From the NCBI GenBank assembly GCA_905178155.1, contig CAJINV010000014.1, positions 1,815,984 to 1,879,983 on the forward strand: 64,000 bases of DNA. Reading direction: 5' to 3'. Both the position numbers and the translations under genes were made by a program. The stretch comes from Amoebophrya sp. A120 (lineage: Eukaryota; Protista; Dinoflagellata). The notes beneath the pieces were generated by a model. That model saw only the letters and a program-made list of their open reading frames with translations, had not been told where the DNA came from and did no database searches. Below are positions 35,911 through 48,600 of this stretch, piece by piece (position 1 is the stretch's first letter; each line of letters opens with the position of its first letter).

Positions 35911-38900
35911 CTACTTCAAATCATGTGCGTTGAGCCCGAAGCCTCCGGCGGTGCTCACCAGCGTCCCCGCCGGAGATTGTCCACCTCGACGGCCGCCTTC
36001 GCTGTGATGCGTGACGAGCTCCGCCGTTCCGCTCGCCTCAATCTTGAAAAACGGACTTTTCACGGCGAGTGGCGAAGTTGCCGGGAGATTGTAGGAAAAA
36101 AAGTCCTGGTGGTCGTGCTGCTCTTGGTAGTTGTTGCCAGAGAGAACTTCTTTGTCGGATGCTGTACTAGCTTCAGTTGTACTTGTACTCCTCGACGTTG
36201 ATGTTCCGACGTTGTCGTTGTCAGTACGACCACGACGTTGCTGGCCCTGGATTTGTTCCGTCACAATTTTCGTCGCACCGTTCCTTGTCCGTCCTCCTGT
36301 TCCACCTCCCACTGGAGTTGCGATGGGAATAACACCCGGAGTTGTACTAGGAGCTCTTGCAGGTCTACTTTTCTCCACGATGACCCTTGATAAAGAAGTG
36401 TCTTCTACTTTGCGAGAAATAATTCTTTGTCCTTTTTCCGCATTTTTTCCAGTTTTCATCATCCCACTACTTCTATTTTTCCCGTGGTCCACGTCCGCAA
36501 TCACCGTCGTATTGAACAGAACCTGCATCGGCAGGGCCCCCGGAAGCTGCTGAACCGACGCCGAGGCCTCGGGGCCGGGATCGCCTGAAGTAGGCGCTGC
36601 ATGACCTCCACCGGCGGGAGCTGCGTTACCTGTGGTCCTCGTCCACGTTTCCGCGCCGGAGGGCTGCACAGGCGTGGTCGTCGTAGCTCCTTTGTTTTGC
36701 ACCTCTATCCAGGAAGAAACACCCAGCACCCCCATCCAATGTATATATTTGTCATGCAAAACATGCATAACTTCCACTGTTTGTCATGCAAAAAATGGAT
36801 GGGGATTGGTGTTTTTTCCTGGATAACCACCTCGGACAACACATGACTCTTCGCCGGCGAGCCTTCATCTGCTGTATCCTGTGCAAAAGTATCGCACTCG
36901 TATTGCAATCATGCATTACAAATCCTTTTGCTGAGGTGAATGATCCGCATTACAAATTTTATTTCTCATGCTGAGGAAATTTGCACTGCATTTACACGAG
37001 TACGATACTTTTGCAGTTCATATGCTGAGGATGTTGTCGATGTTGTGCTGCTGTCTTTTGCATTTTTAGCAGTGGCCGGTGCAGCGACGCTTGTTCTTTC
37101 GTCGGAACTTTTCTGTTTTGTGTCATCACCTTGCTGCGGTTCCTCTTCTCGCTCCGTCTCTGGCAAGGTTGGAGCCATCTCATTACTAGAATTTTCGTCT
37201 TTATCACTGCTACTTTCGCCTGCTGCTGAGTCGCTCGATGCAGCTTGTTCTGCTACGCCTGCCGGGATGAGCTCCTTCTTCCACTGCGCCCCGTTTGCCC
37301 AGAAAATGGTCGCTTCAAGACCGCCGCTCGCTCCCGTTTGACTCGTGCTCAATTCGCCCTGCAATATGCTAGGTAAAGCCACCGACTTCTGGAGCGACTA
37401 GAGTACTAGTACTAGTAGTAGCACGACACGAGCAATAAGGGTATCCGTGTCTATCATCTCACGAAATTATGAGCTCCTTCCCCTGCACAATTATGTTGAG
37501 TTTGCAGCTCCAGCTATTTTCAATCTCCCGCATGCTCCTTTTTCATTTTTTACAAAGTTCTATATGCTTATGCATCTAATTGCGCATCTTTGTCATCATG
37601 ATGAAGACGGTGATTTATTTTTCAGATGTCATATCCAAAACCTGGTCGTGGAACTGCAGGGAGACGTGACTTCCGCAAATCACTCCATACCCCTGCCAAA
37701 TGTCTTCGTTTTTGGACACGGATTTCGCTTGCAGCGCGATCTGTCGGTTCTTCTCGCTTTCTCCGAGGCCGAGCGCTGCTATCAAAGTGAAAAATCCCCC
37801 CACCCCATACTCAAAATAGAAACTTGCGATGCAGATTTGTGGTCACAAATCAGCTTTGTCATGCTAGAAGGAAAAAGATGCGGACTGTAGTGCTGGTTGG
37901 CGTAGGAAAGCCTTGCATCTTCAGCATTACAGGGGGCAGCTGGAAGTGGGAAACAGCATGACAGATTGCCTGTAGACGAGGCCACAGCTGCGTCTCTTGG
38001 CCTTCTAGCATTACAAGTCGATTTGTGTACTCAAATACAGCATCACGCATTTCGTTTTCGATATGGGGAGGGGGGATTTTTCCTTTTGATAGCTGCCGCA
38101 GCGGACTTTTTCGACGTGATCCGGGTGTCCGAGTGCGCGACGTCAACCCTATGGAAGTGTCAGGATTGAAATCGTCAAAGTTGAAATAACTTGCGATGCA
38201 TAAAATCGATACCAGTTGGAAGCCCAATTTCCAAGCAGTGCATGACAAATTTCGGCATCGCCGGAATCCAGTTTGTAATGCTGTTTAGGGAAAGAAGGCG
38301 TCTTTTGTCATGCTACTTTAGCAGCTCTATTCCAAACCCGAAACAGGCTCACAAAAATCGGCCTCATTTGCAATCCCTGCAAGAGAGGCACTTCATGCCT
38401 TGCAATTTCTGCATGAGAAATTATTTCAACTTTGAGGATTTCAATCCTGACGCTTCCATAAACCCAGGTACCCACGTACTGGTCTTGGTACTTCGTGCAT
38501 CAAAGAAAAAAAACTGTGTTAGCGTAGGTCGTGTTCTTTACTTGGGGTAACAGCATCACAAATTTGTTCTGCATGTTGGCAGAGAAATCCTCATCCTGTC
38601 ATGCACGGCTAGGGCTGGCGCTGGCCTGACAAGTGTATCTGCGTTGCATGCTTTGCATTGTAGACTTACACTTCCACAGTTTTTCTTCTTTCATATCGTC
38701 GTCAAAAAGGCGATGCTATGCATTGCAAAAGTATCGTACTAGTATAAATGCATGACAAATTCCCTTAGCGTGAGAAATAAAATTTGTATATGCGGATTTA
38801 CCTGGAGAAAAAAATTTGTAATGCATGATTGCAATACGAGTACGATACTTTTGCACAGGATAGATGTCGTCGGTCTCCTTGTTTTCCAACCCGGGCTCGA

Positions 38901-41900
38901 CCTGTCAAGCCAAAAAGTGCTAACGCTAGCGCTTTTGGTTTTGTTTTGAGGCATTGCAGTCATGCATGACAAATTTTCTCTATCATGCATCATGCTACGC
39001 AATACAAATTTGGGCACGATTTCTCTCAACATGTGTCACTGCATGCCACATTCCGGAGGTAACGTTATAGAACTTTTTGGTGTAATACGACCAGATCGGC
39101 AAACAGAATTCTGCTGACCCCCTGCTCAAAGGACTCGCAGGAATCCAAGATTTTCGGAGAGTCCGGAACTTTATCAACTGCAAAATTGTCTGGGTCTGGA
39201 AGGATGCGAACTTGTGATGCTGGATTTGGATGCTATAAAAATCTGTATTGCATGAACAGCAACAGCGGTCCAGTTTTTGCCCCGGCGACGAGAGGGCATT
39301 TCTCATGCGGCATAGGCATCAGAAAGCCCTCACAAAATCTGTGATGCTAGGGCATCCATCACAGACGTCAGGAGTCATGCAAAATATGCATGACAAACCT
39401 GGCAACATTTTTCCAGACCGAGACATTTTTGCATTTGATACACTTTGCGCAGAAACAAGAACGAAGACTTCCGTAGCTCCTTCAAGGCGCCTGTGGTAAA
39501 ATGGGTCAGCGTTCCCGGTCGCGTCACGCTGTCATACCGGATTAGGGGATGCAGTGCAAAAGTTTTCTTTTTCTCTCGAGGAACAACTGGGTGGAAAGGG
39601 AAGGTTGCGTAGACGTCGAATAAACAACTGCTACTGCATAGCTATGCAAACCTCTCGTCGCCCAATTTGATGATGCGTACATAAAATTTATTCTCATGCG
39701 GAAATTGCTCTGGAGAAGGGATCTCTCATGCGCTCTTGCAGGTTGTATCAAATTTGCCGTAGTGCGAAGATGCAACAACTTTTGCACCACAGGATACAAT
39801 CCGCGATTTTGTAACTGTTGTTGCACGTAGGGTATGACCGGGTTGCTCGGCACGTTCCAGCAGGCGAGTGTGTAGCAGCGATCTGATGTAGTCGTTTTGC
39901 ATGGTTGTAGTGCGAGAATCCTATCATAAATCACGACCATGAAGAGACTTCCGCGGACTTCGTGAAAGCAACTTCTATCTTAAAAGCGAATTCCGCAGCA
40001 CAAATTTTATTAATTTAGTGTATGAAGTCAATATCCTCGAATGGTGCAGATGAATACAAATTACCGACGTATTTGCTCAAGTCAAAGGCCTTGTCGAATG
40101 CTAAGAGTTGAAAGTCGGTCACCCCCTATGAAAGTGCACAACTCCCCCTCCCCCTCATTTGTCATGCAAAAAACCCAATCCACCCTTTGCCTCTTGCTAC
40201 TGTGTGCATGACAGGTTCTGGTAGCCCAAACAGAACTATATTCCAGTGCACGGCACCCTTGCTGATGCTTGTATCGCCGTTCGTGCTACACAAATGAGGG
40301 GGAGGGGGAGTTGTGCACTGTCATACCCCCCGGACAACACCCACGACGGACTGGAAGACGTAATATTCGTCGAGGCAACCGGTGTTGGATGGGAAGGCCC
40401 AATGGTTCATGTGGAACGCATACATCATGTCTTGCAGACCCTGTGAATATCAAGAAGGGAGGCACATCTACTTGTTAAGGGCCCTGAATCAAGAATCAAC
40501 ACTGCAGCTCGGTGACCTCCTATGCTCAATCTTGCCGAAGATGCAGATGATACGAACAAGATGCAGCCCCCAATAGAATATCCAGAGATGAGAGGAAGGC
40601 TATCACGTCGAAAAAGTCGCAGTCCACCTTCTATTCTCCGTGTAATGCTTGGATTTAGATGAAGTAGAGACGACCTCCAAGTCGCACAGTTCACATCGAA
40701 GATCATCCATTGATATAGACTTGCTTAGTGGAGTGGGTGGGGGCTTGCTACGGCAACTTTTGCTGCAACACAAAAGGAACAAAGCGTCCTCCGGGCAAGC
40801 TAAGACCGGCGGCGCTAGCTCATCGTGGTGGAAAAGTCGGGCAGTCGCTGATGTGGACGACGCTTTCTTCTCTTAGCATTCAGGGCGGCTTTGAGTGGAG
40901 CAGTCGGTTGGCACATAATTCGGGCGAACAGGCGACCTGAACGGCATGAACAAATACCAACAAGACGCTCGGCGCCGGTACTGGTCGTCTGTTCTCGAGT
41001 AGTAGTTTCTTCTACTTCTAGCAACCCATTGCCGGCACCGCTCGGCTATCCTGTGCAAAAGTATCGCACTCGTAGCAATTGCTATCGTGCATGACAAATA
41101 TCCCTTTTATAGGTAAATCAGCATTACAAATTCCATTTTTTTTCTTGAAAAAATTTGTGATGCAATTTATACTAGTACGATACTTTTGCAATGCATATCG
41201 GCGCCACCGTAGACGCCGGTAGCAGGTTTTCGCGCACCGCTTTCTCGTTGATATCCTGTGCAAAAGTATCGTACTCGTATTGCAATCATGCATTGCAAAT
41301 CTTGTTCTTAAGGCAGATCAGCATTACAAATCTTATTTCTCATGCTGAGGAAATTTGTAATGCATTTATACGAGTACGATACTTTTGCAATCCATAGTTG
41401 AATTTGTCGAGCAATGTGCGCTGCTGGAAGGCCGCCGCGGGAATGTTTTGCAGCGTGTTGGGAAATGGAAGGAAAATAAATGTTGAGCACAGAGGAGGCT
41501 GCCATGTGTCATTGATGTCAACATTCCGAGCGTGGTGCCACATCCTCCAAGACCAAGTCGTATCTTTTCGGCTGATAACTGCATGCATGCAAGTAGAGAA
41601 GCGAGCTCTTATGCTTGACAAATTGCAACCTTTCATCTGATGTCTCCACCAAAACTATCGCACTCGATAGCACCAGGGCGCTCCACATGTAATATTCGTC
41701 GAGGCAAATGCGTATGGAAGCGAAAATTGAAGATTTAGCTACGCGCTTACGAGTTGTTTGTGTACTTCCGAATGAAATGATGTTGAAGGAGGCACAGCTA
41801 CTAGCGTCAGACGCGAAAGCTGTATGTAGTACAAGACTCGTTCGTATTAAGGAGCTAAAGAGAAAGAACTCGTAAAGCACGCGGCTGAAAATATATAACT

Positions 41901-44900
41901 AAAAAGCAGCTCACTTTGCGTAGCCCAGCCCACTAAGCCAAAGGACGAAAGCAGACTTTGATACGTGATAGCCTTTTATTTAAGGTTTCGCGAAATTATT
42001 TCTCATACTTACAGCAGCAGTGCCGTAATCTGTCCTAAATGAAAATAATCTGTAACTTCCTCGAGCTCGGGGGGTTCGTTTTCAACATCAAAAAACAACA
42101 CAAAGATCATCGCTATGATCCCTATCTTTATCGCGAGGATGCAGTACTGCTATAGTAGAAAACAGCTTCTGTACGTTGATGTTATAGTTCGCCACGAGTT
42201 TGGTCGCGGCGGCGTGCGACAGAGTGACCCACTGGTGATGCTTCGCAGCCACTTCGTACCCCGCACTGCATATGCAAAGACAGCTTTGACAAAATAATCA
42301 CGACTTTTTGATGCCCCCTCGCAAACAAAGCAAGACAATTTATGCATAAGAAAGTATAAGTAAAATAAAAATGATGAGAAAATAACTCTGATTGATTCGT
42401 CTGGTGTTAATTGCTTCTATTTGGCATTTGCAGTTCATTTTTCTTCCGGCTCGGTGCCGCCTCTGCTAGAAGTGTGCGCTGCACTACAACAAGCAAACCT
42501 AGGAGATTCAGGATTCATCTCGTCAAATCAGTACACTATCTCCCCGCGCATACTGGGATCCGGCATCGGTCTTCTGGCCCAAGCGGAGACGGGAAACATG
42601 CAGAACGCAGACAACTGTGGGTCCAGAAACAAAGTCTCGTGCACGAATTTCTTCGGTTTGACCGGCAGCGTGCTGTCGGACTGGAAGACAAACTGGTCCT
42701 CGGTTGAGTGGCTGTTTTCCAGCGCTTTTCGCAAAAGCGTATGCAGTACAACATTTTTTCCCGTATCACACGTACAAAATGTATCACAGAGTTCGGCAAC
42801 TACGTGCACGCCACTTGTCATGCTGAGCACAGGATTGCAGAAAGTTCTGTCATGTAGAAACCGCATCTGCACGTGTACGGGAAAACATTAACATGTATCA
42901 ATATCTCCTGTGGATACAGCGCGATCATGGGCGAAACGAGGTCGGTATCACAAGAAAAAGTGTACACGTACACGGTTTTCCCGTTTTTCGAAGAAAAATT
43001 TTTGTGGGCTCCCTCGAGGCGTTCACTTGTGTCAGTGAAAGCACTCGCTACGAAGTTCGCTAGATTGGGAGTGTGGCAAGGCTGGCGAACCTAGAGCACA
43101 CGGCCCGAAGGTCATAGTCAAGACCCAGCAGAGAGGGGAAAGAAGCAGCCGAGTCATCTGCCCAATGCTCCTGGCCTCGTCTCAGGGCCGCGCAAAGAAG
43201 GCCGAAAAGGCCGGGAGTTGTCACTCTAGCGCCTGGAGGTGGGCCGCCGGCGGCTCCTGCAGCCTGTGGCCCAGGTTCTCCTTGCGCCGAGGGTCAAAAC
43301 CACCCAACAAACCGTCGCCACCATCAAAACAGGCGAAGGGCCTCCTTTTGAAGAGGTAAACGGACCATGCCATGCAGTCTGGAGAGGATGTACACGGTTT
43401 TTCTTGGGGTCAAGAAAATCCGCAGAAAAAGAGGCAAATTTATCTGAATTTTGCCTGCGAAATCGCGCACCACCAAAAAACCGTGTACATCGCATCTAGA
43501 CTGCATGGTATGATGGATGTACACGGTCTGCGAAGTGGTCGGGGCCGGAGACAGACACTCTGAACCGTGTACATCGGCCATACCATGCAGTCTAGATGCG
43601 ATGTACACGGTTTTTATGGGCCCTTTTTAAAAATTGTTGCGTATTTCCTACTTTTGAAACCGTGTACATGGGCCATAGCGTGGTGGCTAGGTTCCATGTA
43701 CACGGTTTTTGGCCAATCTGAAAAATTTGGCCTTGGAGGTATGCAAAAATTTGCGTTTTTCCGGACATCCGAAATTTGGAAACTTTCCCAGATCTCGGGA
43801 CACAACACAGCCAGACGAACCCGCCGAGAAATCTGAAGCAGTTCGGCTCCCGCCCAAACAATAATCCGCAGCCCCCATCAATGTTTCCGACCCCAAACAC
43901 AGCCTGGCGGGTGGGGATGGAGTGTTCATGGCGGTGGGCCACTGTCGGGCATTGGAGGGGGAGCTGCTTTGCGCTGATGCAAGGGGCCCCATCTGGTGCC
44001 AGGATTGCAGGTCTGCCTCGTGGATATCATCCACCAAAATGCATCGGGCTTGGGCGGCGACCCTGAAAGCTTGCGCCCATAGTAAATTCAGACCATTGTA
44101 GAGCGACAGTCTCTCCAACGCCGGGGCGAAGGCTTCAAGTGGTGCCACTACGTCGCGCTAGGGGGGCGCCAAAAAATTTTTTTTGGGAAAAAATGCAAAC
44201 CGTGTACGTGTACACTTTTTCTTGTGATAGTCGGTGCAGTAGCTGGAGGGCACAGGCTCGATCAAAGTTGCGGGAAAAGGGGGCATCTGGCACGTGTAGC
44301 CGTCTTTGCAGTGTACATAGGCCGCCCAGTCAGATGATGATGCGTCGGAGGTGGCGGCGCTTTGATCCTGCTGTAACATCGTCGCTGTAGTCGCACCTGC
44401 AGTTGCGGTATCCTGCGCACCGTACGAGGGAGGCTGAAAATACCGTCGCCAGCTCTCGGCATTGTTGATGTGATTGTACACGAGAAAAAGGTAGTGCACT
44501 TTGCGGTCCGTTTTCTTGGTAGTTGTCCCGTCGGTTATTGTTTTTTGAACGCTGTCTGATGTTCCACTGTTACCTCGCTTGAGTAGACGTCTTAGGCCGC
44601 TTCTTTTCGACGCGTTATTTCTTCCAGTTTTCCTGATGCTACGTGCTGTGCTCTGCAGCAGCTGGCTACTTTTGCTGGTGTTGCCGCTCTCAACATTCCT
44701 GTTCCGTGAGACGATGCGCAGTGCGTTTGTGGCGCAGAAAATGTTGCTGCTTTGGTCTGGTCCGGAAAACAGGGAAACTGCAGCGAACAAAAGCTGCGCT
44801 CGCATGAGGAAACGCGGCACCAAAATTGTGCTTGCGGTGAACGAGCCGCGAGTTCCTATGCCCGAGCAACGCTGCGCGGCAGCGGCGGGAAAATAAGCTG

Positions 44901-44916
44901 CGCCCGCCGCCGGCAT
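35911..44916 (-). CDS. core-2/I-branching (GT14/DUF266-like) glycosyltransferase with a long C-terminal extension; many introns; the C-terminal part could be a separate gene
   Basis: Motifs in the expected order: VHYLFLVY...WRRYF, YVHC, SYCTD|LVSPMIAL|LRKAL...FVFQSDSTLPVK, KHHQWVTL, CLDEYY, LRKSSFLFLRK. Frame continues through the 38.9-35.9 kb exons except one unresolved junction near 37.4-37.7 kb. Confidence 0.65.
36706..36825. mobile_element. introner family D
   Basis: TSD ACCTC/ACCAC; TIR TATCCAGGAA(G/A)AAACACC. Confidence 0.88.
36875..37022. mobile_element. introner family A (opposite orientation to the 5988 copy)
   Basis: TSD TGCTG; joins STTSSA|DEGSPAK. Confidence 0.92.
37492..37689. 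mobile_element. diverged TAT...ATA insert; boundaries uncertain
   Basis: Ends TATGTTGAGTTTGC / GCAAATCACTCCATA; CCCCTGC repeat offset by a few nt on the left. Confidence 0.5.
37780..38091. mobile_element. introner family F
   Basis: TSD GCTGC; TIR TATCAAA(GT/AG)GAAAAATCCCCCC(A/T)CCCCATA. Confidence 0.92.
38150..38460. mobile_element. introner family E
   Basis: TSD AACCC; TIR TATGGAAG(T/C)GTCAGGATTGAAATC. Confidence 0.93.
38498..38695. mobile_element. diverged introner (CAT...ATA)
   Basis: TSD TCGTG/TCGTC; AAAGAAAAAAAACTGTG / CACAGTTTTTCTTCTTT inverted ends; joins AFLTT|KYQDQ. Confidence 0.8.
38717..38862. mobile_element. introner family A
   Basis: TSD GATGC/GATGT; family-A TIRs. Confidence 0.9.
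39172..39440. mobile_element. introner family B (reverse orientation to 10040 and 53718)
   Basis: TSD AACTT/CACTT; joins FLFLRKV|PDSPK. Confidence 0.9.
40127..40325. mobile_element. introner family C
   Basis: TSD CCCCC; long TIR TATGA(A/C)AGTGCACAACTCCCCCTCCCC...TCATTTGT. Confidence 0.92.
41047..41197. mobile_element. introner family A
   Basis: TSD TCGGC. Confidence 0.92.
41252..41396. mobile_element. introner family A
   Basis: TSD GTTGA; 54 bp from the previous copy. Confidence 0.92.
42740..42916. mobile_element. diverged introner
   Basis: TSD AAGCG/CAGCG; ends TATGCAGTAC / CCTGTGGATA; joins PMIAL|LRKAL. Confidence 0.8.
42946..44229. mobile_element. long (1,284-bp) TAT...ATA TIR element acting as an intron
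   Basis: TSD GTCGG; perfect 33-bp TIR TATCACAAGAAAAAGTGTACACGTACACGGTTT; about 9 TGTACACGG-type motifs; joins SYCTD|LVSPM. Confidence 0.93.
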
Positions 44917-45637
44917 TCTGCCTTTATCTCCCAGCCGGCAAGAACAGCAGCAGCAATGACGAACCTTACGGGTCTAACATCTTTGGTGAAAAGCAGAACG
45001 CCTGCCAAAGACCTGTACAGCCTGTGGCAGGGCAGGTTTGTTCTGCGTCTCGTCGTCTACTAAGTTGTGCTTTTCTATCTTATTTCATCAAGCTCATGAA
45101 ACGGACACAGTTGGAAGTGGTACTAAAGGTAAAGGAGCAATTCCAAGATCCGCAAGAATGCACAATACTCCTTCAGTCCGCTCTTCACTCCATGAAAAAG
45201 ACAAAGTCACTCTCAGTTAGTATACAGCTACAGTAGGCCGATCCAGAATAAAAAAGAAGCTATGTTGCCCCCCAAGCCCGAAATTGAATTCCGCGGCAAA
45301 AAACACTTTAGCTTTAACGGCATCGACGCCGGTAGTATATCTGTCTTCGTAAGATGAAAAGCATACGGAGTGAACACGTACTACGTCACCACTGCAATTC
45401 GAATATCTATGGTGCCTCGTATACTGGCAATTGATCAGATCTTGATCCTCGTACGCAATCACGTTCGCATCAATTCGTCAAGTTGCATGAAAACTGTACG
45501 CATCTTCATTTTTTTTGCGCCATTCATCTCTGATTCAGTGCAGAGCAGACTTTGTTTGTAAATAGTAGTGTCCGTCTACTCTGGTGGTGCATCTATGATG
45601 TACGCAACCCGCGTTGTAGTTTCTTGCGGTACGCAGC

Positions 45638-48600
45638 TCACCCTCGCTTTTGCTTCTTGCTGAAGAGTTGAAACTTGTTCTTTTTTTCACCTCCCTTCTC
45701 ACCAACAGCTTCCTCGCCGCGCTGCCGCTTTTTGCTGGCTGTAGTTATGGCACCAGATGACGACGGAGTTGATTCCTGAGTTGCAGCAGCTGCATTCGGG
45801 TTGTTTGCAGATTGTGGCTTGCTGGAAGTAGTAGAGACTGAAGCTCCGCTTGCCGCGTTCTTTTTCCCACGGTTACCGCTCTTTGCCGCAACTTTCCGTT
45901 TCTCCACTAGCACCGCGCGCATGGTCTTCGTGTCATTGAATTCCGGTCTAGTGGGGTCGATGCCGAATTCCGGGTCGTTGAACAATTTTGCAAACCGGTC
46001 GTCCGAAGCGAGCTCTTTGGTCGCTGTGCTGCTTTTGGTAGTTGAGTGCGCTTCTTGTGTAGCATCAACATCGGAAATAAAATCCTCTTCGGACGAATCG
46101 TCGTCATTTTTTCTCTTCTTTCCCTTCTTTTTTGTCTTGCCCTTCATAGCCGTAATACTCTGTTGCTCCAGCTCCTCCTGCATGGCTTTTTTGATCTCCT
46201 CCCGCTTGTCTTTGATCTCCAGCTTCTTTTCCCGCCGTTTTTCCTTCTTTTTCTCCTGGAACTTCTGCCACGGGGTCAGCTTGGAGGCCTGTTCAAGCTT
46301 CAGACTTTGCATATTCTGCAGATTTTTCTTCCCGCCCGCGTTTTTCTTCAGTTGCTCGTCGACCTTCTCCTGGACTTTCTTCGCAACCGCCTCGGTTTCG
46401 GTGTTGAACGTCATCTCCATTGCGCCCATAGTTTCATTATGGATTGCAAAAATGTCTGGGTCTGGAAAGTTGGAACTTGTGATGCTGCATTTGGATTCTA
46501 AAAAAATCTGTATTGCATGAGCAGCAAAGAGAGTCCAAGACCAAGTCTTGCTACAGAGAAAGAGCATTTTTCATGCGGTATAGGCATCAGGAAGCCCTCG
46601 CAAAATCTGTGATGCTAGGGCATGCAGCATCACAGACATCAGGAGTCATGTTGGAAGGCTAAGGGCAGGGCGTCCCATTCGTTTATAAACTTAAAACGGT
46701 AGCCACCTACCCAGCAAACTCTGAGTGGAATAAGCATGACTCTGAGTGGACATCAGGAGTCATGCAAAATGTGCATGACAAACCTTGGATCCTTCCAGAC
46801 CCAGACATTTTTGCAGTTGATATTCATTCTCTGCGTCGCTGGCCGCGACCGAGAAATCGGATGGGATGTCGTCATCTTCTTCTTCCTCCTCTTCCTCCTC
46901 CAGCACTGGAAGATCTTCCTCTTCAGCACTTATCATTTTGTCAGCAGCTGCTGTGTCGGGAAGATCTATTTCGGAGGAACCCTCCTCTTCCTCCAGTTCT
47001 GAGCCGTTGTTTTCAGAAGAGTCATTTTCTGGGCTACTGTCAGCAGCATCCTCCTCCTCCGCGTTCTTCAACAAACCTCCCAGCAACAGCTTCCGCTTCT
47101 CTTCGACCTCCTTACTGAGCTTCTTCTTCTTCTGAGCACCGGCGTTTCCGTTTTTCTCGCCGCGAGAAGAAGTAGAGATCCCGACCGCACTATCGTGCTC
47201 GTTCTGTTCATCTTCATCAAGATGACCACCTTCGTAGTTTTCATCCTCCTCCGAATCGCTGTCCGCGAGATAGGTTTGCAAGTCGTTCAGCGCCATCTCC
47301 TTTTTCGAAAATTTCTTCATCAGGTCTTTTTTCCGCCGCGCGGGCTGCTCGTCCCAGTTGCACTGCGCCTTCGTGTGCGCCAAGCCCGCGCGGAGCGACT
47401 GGTTTTCGGTCAGGTGGGCGGTGTTGTGGGAGCTTTTGTGCAGCGTTTCCTCAAACGCCTTGCTGGTGCACTCGTCCACAACGGGCCGGTCGATTTCCCC
47501 CATCTCGTCCGGGACTTGCCGCACGTCCAACGGCCGCCCGTTGCACAAAGAGTCGATTTGGTGCCCGTCCAGCTCCTCGTACAGTTTCCCGCAGGTTTCC
47601 TTGCTGTCCAGCTGGATCACGGCGAAGAAGTACTGCAGTTTGCGCAGGTTGTATATGACAGCGCACAACTACAACTTCCCCGCCCCCTCATTTGTTTAAT
47701 AGCATGAACGGCAATACAAGTGTCAGCAAGAGTGCAGGTTTTGCACGACAAATTTGCACGACAGGAGTGTAGTGCTATTTGGGCTCCTGCCAGAAGGTGT
47801 CATGCGAAAAGTGCCGAGAGGCAAAGGGTGGATTTGGTATCTTGCATTAGAAATGAGGGGGACAGGGAATAGTTGTGCACTCTCATATTGTACTTCCGGA
47901 TTTCCTCCTGTTGCTCTTCGTTCTCGGAGGATGAAGAGTCGTTGTCGTCGTTTGTAGCATTAATATCGGGATTTATTTCTTTATCATCTTCGTTCTCCAT
48001 TTCTTCGTCGTCGGAATCTTCAACAGGAGCTCCTGCTCCTTCTTTGGCCTGTTTATTTTTCCCTGTCGTGGCACTACTAGAACTAGTGTTTCTTTTTTTC
48101 TTCATTTCCTGAATCGCGGGCCCGTGCTGCGCCTCGTATTCCAACGCTTTCTCCCCCGTTTCGGACCGGTAGATGCGACAGTAAAGGATTTTGTCATTGT
48201 TTGTCAAGTTACTATTTTCGCCGTCGGCATGATCTGTCTCGCCCTTACTACTCTTTCCTGCATTCAGCAGCTTCTTTCCCACGCGCGTGTTCGCACCGCT
48301 CTGTCCAGTACTAGCATTTCTACTTCCACTGTTGGCGATGAAGGATTTTGCCACCCGAAAAATGTCCTCGGCGGTCACCGTGTCCCAATCCAGGGTCTGG
48401 AAGGCCAGCCGGCTCCCAGTGTCGTGCTCCGTGCGCTCGATTTGCTTGCCGTCGTAGTAGCCGGTGGTTTCCCAAATGGTGTCGTCCGGGTCGTAGCTGT
48501 CTTCTGACTCGTATCCAGGAAAAAACACCCATTCACATCCAATTTGTCATGCAAAACATACGTAAAATTCTGTGTTTGTCATGCAAAAAATGGATGTGGA

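Noticed and set aside
43165-44148. Transposase ORF in the 1.28-kb element
   Set aside because: Only short ORFs, with no DDE or DNA-binding motif recognisable by eye.
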